Shown: piece by piece, positions 18,480 through 27,073 of the stretch
Layout of the letters: every line of letters begins with the position of its first letter
Position numbering within the stretch: the first letter of the stretch is position 1
NCBI GenBank assembly: GCA_944372335.1
Contig: CALVYQ010000003.1
Coordinates: forward strand, 68,093-132,092
Length of the DNA: 64,000 nucleotides
Direction of reading: 5' to 3'
From: an uncultured Clostridia bacterium
Lineage (GTDB): Bacteria; Bacillota; Clostridia; Christensenellales; UBA1242
The notes under the pieces: generated by a model
What the model was told of the DNA's origin: nothing
The model's database searches: none
Seen by the model: only the letters and a program-made list of their open reading frames with translations
Program-made: the position numbers and the translations under genes

Positions 18480-18716
18480 TTATTGCCTATATAATACTAA
18501 CTTTAACTTATCTGCAAAATAAAATTTATCTTTTCCGTATTTATCTTCAACAAGTTTCCTTAATGTGTCGTTATCAGGTTTTATTTCTGCAATTTTATTC
18601 CAACTATCTTCGTTTACCCAACAAATACCATTTAAACCATTTTGTATATCTTCAATTTGTTTTTTATATTCAAGTAATTTCAAGTATTCTTCATAATCGA
18701 TTATTATTTGTGCCAT
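18480..18716 (-). CDS. Phage early hypothetical protein
   Basis: Start moved to ATG 18716 (MAQIIIDY), which sits behind AAAGGAGAA. Confidence 0.45.
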   Translation of the reverse strand: MAQIIIDYEEYLKLLEYKKQIEDIQNGLNGICWVNEDSWNKIAEIKPDNDTLRKLVEDKYGKDKFYFADKLKLVLYRQ

Positions 18717-18788
18717 AATCATTCTCCTTTTAAAATTCGCTCTAAAAATCTCCATTTCCTAAAATTATTCCCCCGAAAAATCTCCATA

Positions 18789-19190
18789 TTATTCCCCTTC
18801 TAATTCTTTTATTCTTTTTTTAATATAATCAGCACAATAAGTTCTACCATCAACAAAATTTTTCACTTTTTCAAGTTCTTGTATTGCGAGTTGTTTAGGG
18901 TTGTTGTTTGCTATCTCATAGTTTTGTTCATTGACCCTATTAAGAAATGTTTGTGTTTTCTGTTTCCAATCTTCAATCTCTTTGTCTTTTTCAGCACACA
19001 ATGTTTTCCAATCGTGGATGGCTTGCACGAACTCCTTGTTTATCTCATCAATCGTCTTTTGTTTTTCAGCGAGTTGCTGTTTGAGTTGCTTATTATATTC
19101 ATAGCAAGTAATACATAACCCATCTTTGATAAAACATTCAGATGATAAACGATTACAACATTTACATTGAACTATTCTATTATCTATCAT
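18789..19190 (-). CDS. Cys4 zinc-finger / coiled-coil protein
   Basis: 133 aa; CKCC-x15-CITC motif; shares segments with ORF 20101..20655. Confidence 0.5.
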   Translation of the reverse strand: MIDNRIVQCKCCNRLSSECFIKDGLCITCYEYNKQLKQQLAEKQKTIDEINKEFVQAIHDWKTLCAEKDKEIEDWKQKTQTFLNRVNEQNYEIANNNPKQLAIQELEKVKNFVDGRTYCADYIKKRIKELEGE

Positions 19191-19635
19191 TCCCTTGTAT
19201 CTCCTTTAATTTGGCTTGTGCTTCTTCTTCGGTGGCAAACCAAGTTTCGCCATAATACTTTTCAGTGTCAAAATGCCCACATAAGTTTTTAGGTGGTTCA
19301 TAATTGCAATAAAATTGGACATCACCTACATCACAAACAACAGAAAATCCATATTTGTTGTATCTAATCTCACTAACAGTCCACTCATAGACTTTATTTT
19401 GCTCTTCTCTTCCATTTACAATATTTAACCTATAATTTGTTTCGCTCGGTATAACATAAATAGTATCGCCTACCTTTACTGGTAGCACAATCGCACCTTT
19501 CAGCCTTTCGTTCGCTTGGTCGAGTTGTAATTGCAAGTCGGCAATCTTCTTATCTTTATTATCAAGCATAATTTGAAAATGTTTGCTAATGTCATTCATC
19601 GAATTTATATATACTTCATCACTAATTCCCATCAT
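19180..19635 (-). CDS. Phage early hypothetical protein
   Basis: 151 aa, overlapping neighbours. Confidence 0.45.
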   Translation of the reverse strand: MMGISDEVYINSMNDISKHFQIMLDNKDKKIADLQLQLDQANERLKGAIVLPVKVGDTIYVIPSETNYRLNIVNGREEQNKVYEWTVSEIRYNKYGFSVVCDVGDVQFYCNYEPPKNLCGHFDTEKYYGETWFATEEEAQAKLKEIQGNDR

Positions 19636-19867
19636 CTTCTCCTACTATCTCAATTTTTACTTTGACTGGTCGGCAGTTTTTTAAGTTTAGCCCTTTTATT
19701 TCTCTTTCACAACCAAACTTATACCAAAATTTATTGTTTAAAAATACTTTGTGTATATCTCTTGTAAATTTTGGTTTTTCTTCATAAGGATATTTCATTA
19801 TAAAATCGTAATCATAATAGAAATATCCGTCATCTCTTTGTATAACCCAAATCTCTGTCTTACTCAT
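19622..19867 (-). CDS. Phage early hypothetical protein
   Basis: 81 aa, coupled ORF. Confidence 0.4.
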   Translation of the reverse strand: MSKTEIWVIQRDDGYFYYDYDFIMKYPYEEKPKFTRDIHKVFLNNKFWYKFGCEREIKGLNLKNCRPVKVKIEIVGEDDGN

Positions 19868-20114
19868 CTTCCACCACCTTTTCGACCATGTCGGCTTTGA
19901 TTAGGTCGTAGATAGTATCCCCACAATCTATCGGAACTCCAAAATGAAAATCTGACACATCAACATAAACTTCAATTTCTCTACCTATTTCTTCGATATT
20001 TATATATCCACCTTGAACACTTTTTTGGTATCTATCTCCAAACAATTTTATTAGCCTAATAAACCCAAATTTTTCAAGTTCTTCTAAATCAATATTGTCT
20101 TTAACCTTCAGCAT
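19860..20114 (-). CDS. Phage early hypothetical protein
   Basis: 84 aa, coupled ORF. Confidence 0.4.
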   Translation of the reverse strand: MLKVKDNIDLEELEKFGFIRLIKLFGDRYQKSVQGGYINIEEIGREIEVYVDVSDFHFGVPIDCGDTIYDLIKADMVEKVVEDE

Positions 20115-20655
20115 CTTTCTCCCCTTTCAACTCTTTGATTTGCTGGTCGATTGTTTTATCTATCACATACAATCGCACACAATCAACGCCTGTTCCTGTG
20201 ATTTGCATTGCTTTTGAAAATAATAAAGATTTCACTTTTTTAAGTTCTTGAATTGCGAGTTGTGTTTGCGGTTCTTTAACTTTATCAACCAATTCATTTT
20301 CATCGAATATATTAAAAAACTGCAACAATTCATTAACTACTTGTGTATCATCTTCTGCTTGAAATGCACGACTTTGCAAATCTTCGAGAATTTCACTATC
20401 ATCATAATTCGTGTATCCATAATTATCTTTAAAATTATCAAATACTGACAATCTTTCTTTAAGTCTTTCAATCTCTTTGTCTTTTTCAGCGAGTTGCTGT
20501 TTGAGTTGGTCGATTTGCTCGGCTTGTTCATTAAGACGTTTTATAATTAAATCTGAACCAAAATACGATTTTATTGATGTTTGTTTTTCGTCAGAAGCAT
20601 TTTCAATAATTCCCCAAAGTCCTTCTGTTTGGTAAAAACTGAATTTATCACTCAT
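20101..20655 (-). CDS. Coiled-coil protein, partial paralogue of 18789..19190
   Basis: 184 aa; QLKQQLAEKDKEIERLK and TQLAIQELKKVK segments are shared with the 133-aa protein. Confidence 0.5.
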   Translation of the reverse strand: MSDKFSFYQTEGLWGIIENASDEKQTSIKSYFGSDLIIKRLNEQAEQIDQLKQQLAEKDKEIERLKERLSVFDNFKDNYGYTNYDDSEILEDLQSRAFQAEDDTQVVNELLQFFNIFDENELVDKVKEPQTQLAIQELKKVKSLLFSKAMQITGTGVDCVRLYVIDKTIDQQIKELKGEKDAEG

Positions 20656-20911
20656 CTTCTCCCCCCAACTCTTGCATTTTGTCTAAAATATTCTTATAAA
20701 CTGATTGTATATTTGTCTTATTATAAAAGTCATAATTGAGTGCCATCCACTCGTCATAGGTCGGTTGATACGCTTTAATCATTTCTTCCAACCACTCTTT
20801 CAACTTCTGCCACATATCTCGATAGTTATCAACACTTTCCATTTTGGAAATAGTTGGCTTTGTTTCATTGACCTGTATAACACCAAAACCTAAATCTTTA
20901 ATCTCTTTCAC
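20648..20911 (-). CDS. Phage early hypothetical protein
   Basis: 87 aa, coupled ORF. Confidence 0.4.
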   Translation of the reverse strand: MKEIKDLGFGVIQVNETKPTISKMESVDNYRDMWQKLKEWLEEMIKAYQPTYDEWMALNYDFYNKTNIQSVYKNILDKMQELGGEDE

Positions 20912-21231
20912 TTCTCATACTCCTTTTGTATCAAATCTAAGATTATGTTAAATTGGTCTTTAATCTGTTGATTGCTTTCTGCCAAATCAACTGTTGATGC
21001 GATTGTTTTTCTAATCTTCTCGCACACTTCCTTTACAAGTTCTCGGTCGTGGGTTTTAATGTCAATAAGTGGGCAATCTTTATCTCTGCTTGTTTCTATC
21101 TCATCTTCGTCTAATTCTTTATGATTTATGATACAATCTGTGCTTTTCCAATATGGTCGATTATCATAACAGAATAAACATTTACTACAACTCTCAGGCA
21201 ATTTCTCAACCCATACTTTTTGTTCGCTCAT
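20908..21231 (-). CDS. Cys-rich phage early protein
   Basis: 107 aa with CSKCLFC, a further Cys 16 residues later (TDC) and a later CP. Confidence 0.4.
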   Translation of the reverse strand: MSEQKVWVEKLPESCSKCLFCYDNRPYWKSTDCIINHKELDEDEIETSRDKDCPLIDIKTHDRELVKEVCEKIRKTIASTVDLAESNQQIKDQFNIILDLIQKEYEK

Positions 21232-21590
21232 TTTTTAATCCCCTTTTGTTTTTCTTTCCACTCTATCAGTTTGGTATATATTTCTCGTGCTGATTTTAAA
21301 CCCATATTTCGACAGTGGAGTATATAATCAAATGTGGCATTTTCCAAGTCACCAATCGTTTTTACACCACCACGAAAAAGCAAATTTTTAGACCTTACTG
21401 ATAAATCTAACTCGTCTATTGATGTTTGCTCTTCCTCTTCAATTTTTTCTGCATTCATTGAAACCAAATCGGCAATAAGCGACACAATCTCTTTATCTAA
21501 TTTTGCTCTATCACTATGCCCAAATGGCGTGCTTGCATAAATATGAAGTTTGGTAATTACTTCAATCAATTTTGTGTCAAAATCGCTCAT
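21228..21590 (-). CDS. Phage protein with RNA polymerase alpha C-terminal-domain-like (HhH) fold
   Basis: The C-terminal IDELDLSVRSKNLLFRGGVKTIGDLENATFDYILHCRNMGLKSAREIYTKL aligns with E. coli RpoA [51 protein letters not shown]. Confidence 0.7.
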   Translation of the reverse strand: MSDFDTKLIEVITKLHIYASTPFGHSDRAKLDKEIVSLIADLVSMNAEKIEEEEQTSIDELDLSVRSKNLLFRGGVKTIGDLENATFDYILHCRNMGLKSAREIYTKLIEWKEKQKGIKK

Positions 21591-21592
21591 AT

Positions 21593-21907
21593 CTACTCCT
21601 TTAAAAATTTTAACCCAGCACCTTGATGTTCACTAGATTTTAACTGTTTCCAAATATTCTCAATTCGATTTTCTACAAAGAAACATATATCTTTTGCAGT
21701 CATTGAACAGTCAATGCGTTCGTCTAATGTATAGGTTAAGTGCTTTCCTTTTGGACTTGTATAGATGTCTAAATTAAAAGTCACAAAATCTAATCGAGTT
21801 GCTTTATAGAATAAGAATATTTCTTCTTCGACTTTTCTTGTTTTGTTTTTTATTGTGCCAGAAATTTCATATCTGTCTTTGCAATCTATTTTAATATAAA
21901 GTTTCAT
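21593..21907 (-). CDS. Phage early hypothetical protein
   Basis: 104 aa ORF. Confidence 0.4.
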   Translation of the reverse strand: MKLYIKIDCKDRYEISGTIKNKTRKVEEEIFLFYKATRLDFVTFNLDIYTSPKGKHLTYTLDERIDCSMTAKDICFFVENRIENIWKQLKSSEHQGAGLKFLKE

Positions 21908-22377
21908 TCCTCACCTCTAAACAGCCTTACGCACTCGTCATAGGCTTTGTAAAAGTTTTCTTCATTAAAGTTCCAACTATATTTTTCTTTACCTGTATAA
22001 AGCACAATTTGGCTTACATAAGATTTGTTTATATCAAGAACAAAGTTTTTATCTTCAATAAGCGTATAAGTTTTACCCATTTTAAAATTCTTTTCATCTT
22101 TTGCTATTTCGCTAAAAGTGTAAAACGGCAACTGCTCGGTGCGTGTAACATTTGCGTGGTGCAAGTAGTGTTCGGCTTCGGCTTTGGTTTTGTAAAGTTC
22201 ATTTATAGAATAATATTTATGTCCAAGTATCTTGTTTACAGGTGAATACCATTTTAATATATCATTCTCTATATATACCCAACTACTATCTAATGCAACT
22301 TTGTAAACAATATTATTTCTGCAAGCCCACACACTCTCGCCGTTCTCAATGGCTTTTAATATATCTTGTTTTGTCAT
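21904..22377 (-). CDS. Phage early hypothetical protein
   Basis: 157 aa ORF. Confidence 0.45.
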   Translation of the reverse strand: MTKQDILKAIENGESVWACRNNIVYKVALDSSWVYIENDILKWYSPVNKILGHKYYSINELYKTKAEAEHYLHHANVTRTEQLPFYTFSEIAKDEKNFKMGKTYTLIEDKNFVLDINKSYVSQIVLYTGKEKYSWNFNEENFYKAYDECVRLFRGEE

Positions 22378-22388
22378 AATTTACTCCT

Positions 22389-22613
22389 TTATAATTTCCT
22401 TCCGCATAAATAACCAATAACACCAAACAAAATTCCACTACCTATGAATACTAAACTCCAATGTGGAATTGTAATGACATCGCTATTTATAATCACGCCA
22501 TATTTCTCAACCGATAACACCATTTGAAACACCATTGTCGTTATGAATGAGCCGATTGATACAACCCAAGATATAATGCTTGCGATTAAATAAAATTTTT
22601 CGTTCATAATCAC
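22389..22613 (-). CDS. Small two-TM membrane protein
   Basis: 74 aa with two hydrophobic helices. Confidence 0.4.
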   Translation of the reverse strand: MIMNEKFYLIASIISWVVSIGSFITTMVFQMVLSVEKYGVIINSDVITIPHWSLVFIGSGILFGVIGYLCGRKL

Positions 22614-22945
22614 TCCTTATAAGCCAACAATTTAATCAAATTGTTAATACCTCTTAAATTTCTGCACTTGCTATTCAAGTTGCGTTTTTGTTCAACTTTG
22701 TGGTCATACATTATCTTACCAGTGCTTGCCCAAAACTGGAACAGGTTTCCTTGGTAATCAAAGCAATGAATATGCCCATTTGAACCATTTTTAACTATAT
22801 ATGCTATATTGTTCTTTTCAAATTGTTGCTCAGCATACTTAATTCTAGCCGGTGTTTTAGCAACCCTTTCAGCATGTTTCTGCTTTGCAATTTCTTTTAA
22901 GGCTTGCATTTCTGGTCGCATGCTGTCATCATCAAAATCACTCAT
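22610..22945 (-). CDS. Phage early hypothetical protein
   Basis: 111 aa ORF. Confidence 0.4.
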   Translation of the reverse strand: MSDFDDDSMRPEMQALKEIAKQKHAERVAKTPARIKYAEQQFEKNNIAYIVKNGSNGHIHCFDYQGNLFQFWASTGKIMYDHKVEQKRNLNSKCRNLRGINNLIKLLAYKE

Positions 22946-23511
22946 TTCTCCTCCAATATTTTGTAAAATTTTGCTAGTGCTTTCTGGGATGAAATGTTAT
23001 CTTTTTTGAGTGTGATATTCAAATATCTCTCAATGATGTGATTAAGTTCTTTGCGTATGTTGTTTTCTCCCTTCTTCAACCCATCATGATAACCTTTTGC
23101 TGGCAGAAAGTCTGCTATTTGAGTTTTGCCTGCACCCTGTCCACCAGCAGTTTTGTTCCGCATTTGATAACCCGCTCTCTGGCACTCCTTAATATAAAAC
23201 TGCTCTTTCTCATTAAGTTCGCTTTCGGCACATTTAATTGTTATCACCCTGTATCCAGTCGGATTATCATCGGAATACCAACCATGACTCTTTAAACTTA
23301 AATCAATCCACAAATGCTCTCGCATGTGCTGTGCAAGTCTTGATAAAAGGTGCTTGGTTTGTCCCACATAGGCATATTTAATACCATCTTCTATTCTTGA
23401 CAAAATATAAATTCCGCAATCTTCAGTTAAACTTGGAAACATTGATTTAAGTTTCTTTTTGTTTTTGCTGTCGATTGCCATAATCTGCCGTAAATCCATT
23501 TTTACCTCCAT
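22942..23511 (-). CDS. GIY-YIG domain nuclease
   Basis: 189 aa; GIYILSR-x10-YVGQT-x12-H motifs typical of the GIY-YIG catalytic domain. Confidence 0.65.
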   Translation of the reverse strand: MEVKMDLRQIMAIDSKNKKKLKSMFPSLTEDCGIYILSRIEDGIKYAYVGQTKHLLSRLAQHMREHLWIDLSLKSHGWYSDDNPTGYRVITIKCAESELNEKEQFYIKECQRAGYQMRNKTAGGQGAGKTQIADFLPAKGYHDGLKKGENNIRKELNHIIERYLNITLKKDNISSQKALAKFYKILEEK

Positions 23512-23903
23512 AAATTTGATAAGATTTCTATATTTTTTAATTCAGTTCTTAACTTTGCAATTTTTCTAAAAAATGTTCGTAAATTCATATTTAGTTCTTT
23601 TGCAGAGTCAACCACTCGCTTTGTGAAATATAACATCAAAATTTGTTGTTCTTTTTCAGTTAATGAGTTTTTGAATTTTTTAAAGTTATAGTAAAAGTCC
23701 ATATCCACATTGCCTTTGACTTTGATAAAATGTTTTTGTTTAAATTCTGGGCACTCTCTAACAAAGTAACTTTCAAAACTTTCATATGGCGAATTTTTTA
23801 TCATTCTTCTTTCCGCAGTCCAGCCTTCAACCGGCTTAAATGATTTACTCCACGAACAGCCACTGCAAGATTTTTGACACTTCCAACATAAACTTTCTTC
23901 CAT
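23502..23903 (-). CDS. Putative transcriptional regulator: N-terminal Cys cluster plus sigma-70 region-4-like HTH
   Basis: 133 aa; CWKCQKSCSGC at the N-terminus; LTEKEQQILMLYF...AKELNMNLRTFFRKIAKLR at the C-terminus. Confidence 0.45.
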   Translation of the reverse strand: MEESLCWKCQKSCSGCSWSKSFKPVEGWTAERRMIKNSPYESFESYFVRECPEFKQKHFIKVKGNVDMDFYYNFKKFKNSLTEKEQQILMLYFTKRVVDSAKELNMNLRTFFRKIAKLRTELKNIEILSNLWR

Positions 23904-23911
23904 GGCGCCTC

Positions 23912-25309
23912 CTAGAATGGCAACTCGCCATCATCTTCAATCGGTTCAAGTTCTGCCTTTATCTGCTCCATTTTTGGCGGTGGAGACTTCTCTTTTTCAG
24001 TAAACTTAAAAATATCGCCTTTATATGTCATTCGAATTGTTCTCAATGCGCCATTTCTAAATTTGCCAATGATTAGGTCTATGTCTTTTAATTCCGCAGC
24101 TCGCCCTGACTTTGAGTGGAGAAACATAACGATGTCAGCATTATTTTCTATTTCTCCACTCTCACGAAGGTCAGCAAGTGTTGGTTCTCTATCTTCATTA
24201 TCTAATTGCCTATTGAGTTGGCAAAGCGCAATAACTGGAACATTCAACTCTCTTGCCATAACCTTAAGACCTCGTGCAATCTCTCCAACATCTTGAAAAC
24301 GATTGCCAGACTTTTCTTGTGGCTTAATGAATTGAAGATAGTCAACAACAATAAGGTTTAACCCTTCTCTGCGTTTTAACCGTTTTGCTTTAAGTATCAT
24401 ACTTTGAACTGTGTTTGTTGAGTCATCATCGATAAAGATTTTACTTTCAACGAGTGCGTTCTTTATATTTTCAACCACTTTAAACTTGTTACCTAGATTG
24501 CCAGACTTCAAGTCAAAACTTGAAACCTCTGCATTTAAACTGAATAATCTTTCAACAATTTGACTTTTTGGCATTTCAAGTGAAAAGAAGGCAATCTTTT
24601 TATTGCTATCAAGCCCAGCATGACTTATTACATTAAGAGCAAAAGCGGTCTTGCCAACGCCAGCCCTAGCTGCAACAATTACCAAATCACTCTTTTGAAG
24701 ACCCCAAAGACACTTATCTAAGCACTTAAATCCTGTCTCTAATCCAAACTCGTCATATTCACCATTTGCACGCCTTTTAATTTTTTCAAAAGCTCTTTCT
24801 GTGGAATCTCCTATTTGTTCACATTCGGCAACTAAGCTTCCCTCCGTCACCTTTGTTAATTCGTCTTGCAAAACAGAAATCACCACGTCAGCATTCTTTC
24901 CGCTCTTGATTAAGTCTGCGCCAAGCCTACAAATATTCTCTGTTTTTCGCAAATTTGAATAATCTTTCACAAGTTTTAAATAATACTTGTAATTCGCATT
25001 GCTAGGTATGATATTAGAAAATTCAATCAACCTACTCATGTAATCAGTTTTTTCGCCCTGTCTTTCAAAAAGGTCGGCAACTGAAACAATGTCAATCTTA
25101 ATACCCTTATCAAACAGAGCCTTCATTATCTGGAAGAATTTTTTATGTTCATCAAAATAGAAGTCTTGTATCGCAAGCGTGGTCATAATTTCTTCCGTTG
25201 CGTCGTAATCTCCGCTATCAATCAGCAAACAACCTAGTATGCACTTTTCCGCCTCCATATTGTTTATTTGGCTTAATCTTTGAGGCACTAACTCTTTTTT
25301 AGTTCGCAT
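23912..25309 (-). CDS. dnaB: Replicative DNA helicase DnaB
   Basis: Walker A AARAGVGKTAFAL, Walker B LIVVDYLQ, EAEKCILG N-terminal domain. Start set at ATG 25309 behind AAGGAGG. C-terminus ends IEDDGELPF. Confidence 0.9.
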   Translation of the reverse strand: MRTKKELVPQRLSQINNMEAEKCILGCLLIDSGDYDATEEIMTTLAIQDFYFDEHKKFFQIMKALFDKGIKIDIVSVADLFERQGEKTDYMSRLIEFSNIIPSNANYKYYLKLVKDYSNLRKTENICRLGADLIKSGKNADVVISVLQDELTKVTEGSLVAECEQIGDSTERAFEKIKRRANGEYDEFGLETGFKCLDKCLWGLQKSDLVIVAARAGVGKTAFALNVISHAGLDSNKKIAFFSLEMPKSQIVERLFSLNAEVSSFDLKSGNLGNKFKVVENIKNALVESKIFIDDDSTNTVQSMILKAKRLKRREGLNLIVVDYLQFIKPQEKSGNRFQDVGEIARGLKVMARELNVPVIALCQLNRQLDNEDREPTLADLRESGEIENNADIVMFLHSKSGRAAELKDIDLIIGKFRNGALRTIRMTYKGDIFKFTEKEKSPPPKMEQIKAELEPIEDDGELPF

Positions 25310-26033
25310 AAGGTATTGCCTCCTTATTCGCCGATTTTTTACCGTGATTAAATCTATCAAACAAACCTTGATAACAATTTGCTATTGAATAGTCAAGTAT
25401 ATCTAATGCTTCTTCCTTTGTTCGTGCATACTTACGCAGTTTTTGAATACAACTATCAAGAGTAGATTTAGTTCTTATAGCCTTATTCTTCCCCATAGCC
25501 TTTCTCATTTCTGCATAGTCTTTAAACTTATTACAAACTTCACTATCGCTAAAACTACCTTCAATGAGAGAGTAGAGTTCACTATCCGTAAGGATGGTGT
25601 TTTTTTCTTTATTTATTTCTTTTTTTAATATATCATTATCATTAACATATACATTAACATAAAGGTTATCGTTTGGCTCGTCTAGGTTATCTTCGGTTAT
25701 CTTTGGGTTATCTTCGGTTATGCTTTGATTATCTGTTTTTTGAGCATAATAAGGGTTACTTTGCCCCTTTTTAAAGTTAGGATTTCCACCTTTTTTGCCA
25801 TTTTCAACGCTTGCTGTATATTTTGCAATATTGTTTTCCATGTCACGAGAAAAACTAACCAGCATTGCCTTTGCAACTGGGCTTATATCCTCTGGAATAA
25901 CACCATTTACGCCATATCTCACAAGTGCCTTATAGGTCTCTAATTGATATTCTTCGGGCAAAGTTTCTATTGCCTCTGCCCAATTTTTAAATATCACAAA
26001 ACTATCTCTTATTATCCCCACTTTCCACCTCAT
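25299..26033 (-). CDS. Putative replisome organizer / replication initiator
   Basis: Lies immediately upstream of dnaB; contains direct DNA iterons (25663-25735); N-terminal FKNWAEAIETLPEE-type domain. Start is uncertain. Confidence 0.5.
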   Translation of the reverse strand: MRWKVGIIRDSFVIFKNWAEAIETLPEEYQLETYKALVRYGVNGVIPEDISPVAKAMLVSFSRDMENNIAKYTASVENGKKGGNPNFKKGQSNPYYAQKTDNQSITEDNPKITEDNLDEPNDNLYVNVYVNDNDILKKEINKEKNTILTDSELYSLIEGSFSDSEVCNKFKDYAEMRKAMGKNKAIRTKSTLDSCIQKLRKYARTKEEALDILDYSIANCYQGLFDRFNHGKKSANKEAIPYAN

Positions 26034-26208
26034 ATATATCAACATGACAATAGTCAGAGCCTTTGATGCTTAAATCGGTTTCATTATTGTAAATTGTCAG
26101 TTGTCCTTCAACTGCAAAGACTATGTCATCAATCCACGACTTTTTGATTTTCTTACGCTCGGTTTTGCCATTCCATTTTTTAAATTCGGCTACAAATTTT
26201 TTCTTCAT
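26002..26208 (-). CDS. Phage hypothetical protein
   Basis: 68 aa ORF. Confidence 0.35.
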   Translation of the reverse strand: MKKKFVAEFKKWNGKTERKKIKKSWIDDIVFAVEGQLTIYNNETDLSIKGSDYCHVDIYEVESGDNKR

Positions 26209-26216
26209 ACAACCTC

Positions 26217-26561
26217 CTAGAACGGCAAACTGTCATCTTCTTCAATTTCGGTCAGTTCTGGTTGTAAATCTTCAACAATTTTTGTGCTGTTTTCTTTGAT
26301 AATAAAGTCGGCAGTGAGTGAATAATAAGTCTTGCCATCTTTCTTTGTCACTTTAAACTCTCCACCGGCTAAGATATGGTCGCCTTTTTTAATATCAGCC
26401 GGTTTTCTTCCCCAAACGGAAACATTGACTATTCCAACATCTTTTCCCATTGAAACGCCAACTTCAAAGAATTTTTTCCCATCAAATTCTTTTTCTTTTA
26501 AGTCGCCAACCACATATCCTGCGACAATCGAATCTTTCTTGTTATCTCTTTTAATAAACAT
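26217..26561 (-). CDS. ssb: Single-stranded DNA-binding protein
   Basis: 114 aa OB-fold-sized protein ending in the acidic tip IEEDDSLPF, typical of SSB C-termini. Confidence 0.8.
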   Translation of the reverse strand: MFIKRDNKKDSIVAGYVVGDLKEKEFDGKKFFEVGVSMGKDVGIVNVSVWGRKPADIKKGDHILAGGEFKVTKKDGKTYYSLTADFIIKENSTKIVEDLQPELTEIEEDDSLPF

Positions 26562-26564
26562 CTT

Positions 26565-27071
26565 TTATTCCTCCTTTTTATAACCCTTTAAATTTTCAAT
26601 TTCAGTTGGTGTAAGGGTCTCAATTCCCAACTGCTTTGCCTCTTCAATCGTGCCATCAATAAGCCTTGCCATTTCCGCACTGTCAAGAGTGTGAGTTTCT
26701 TTGTAAATCAAATATTTTACAAAGGTTTTCTTATTTTCAATGCATTCTCCAATTGGTTTTGCATATTTGAAGTATTGTGTTATAGGAATTTCTTTTAAAG
26801 CCTTAAAACCTGCTTTTAATCCTTTTTCATCTTTTGCAATAGTTCCATAATCAAAAACAAGTTGAGTTTTAACTTCATCTGCAGACTTTTTCAATGCTTT
26901 GGCAATTTTGTCAACAAGAACATGAAAATATGCGTTTGCATCTAAACTTCTTCTCTTTCTATAAGGCTTAATCTCGCAGATATATGGCTTATCTTTTAAC
27001 TCAGGTAATATATTCATTAGTTCATTTTGAACTGTCAATATATCTGCTTGTCCTTTTAAAATAACTTCCAT
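26565..27071 (-). CDS. NinB-like recombination protein
   Basis: 168 aa; KRRSLDANAYFHVLVDKIA matches the lambda NinB RSLDQNRKLWACLGDVS motif; lies in the recombination block. Confidence 0.55.
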   Translation of the reverse strand: MEVILKGQADILTVQNELMNILPELKDKPYICEIKPYRKRRSLDANAYFHVLVDKIAKALKKSADEVKTQLVFDYGTIAKDEKGLKAGFKALKEIPITQYFKYAKPIGECIENKKTFVKYLIYKETHTLDSAEMARLIDGTIEEAKQLGIETLTPTEIENLKGYKKEE

Positions 27072-27073
27072 AG

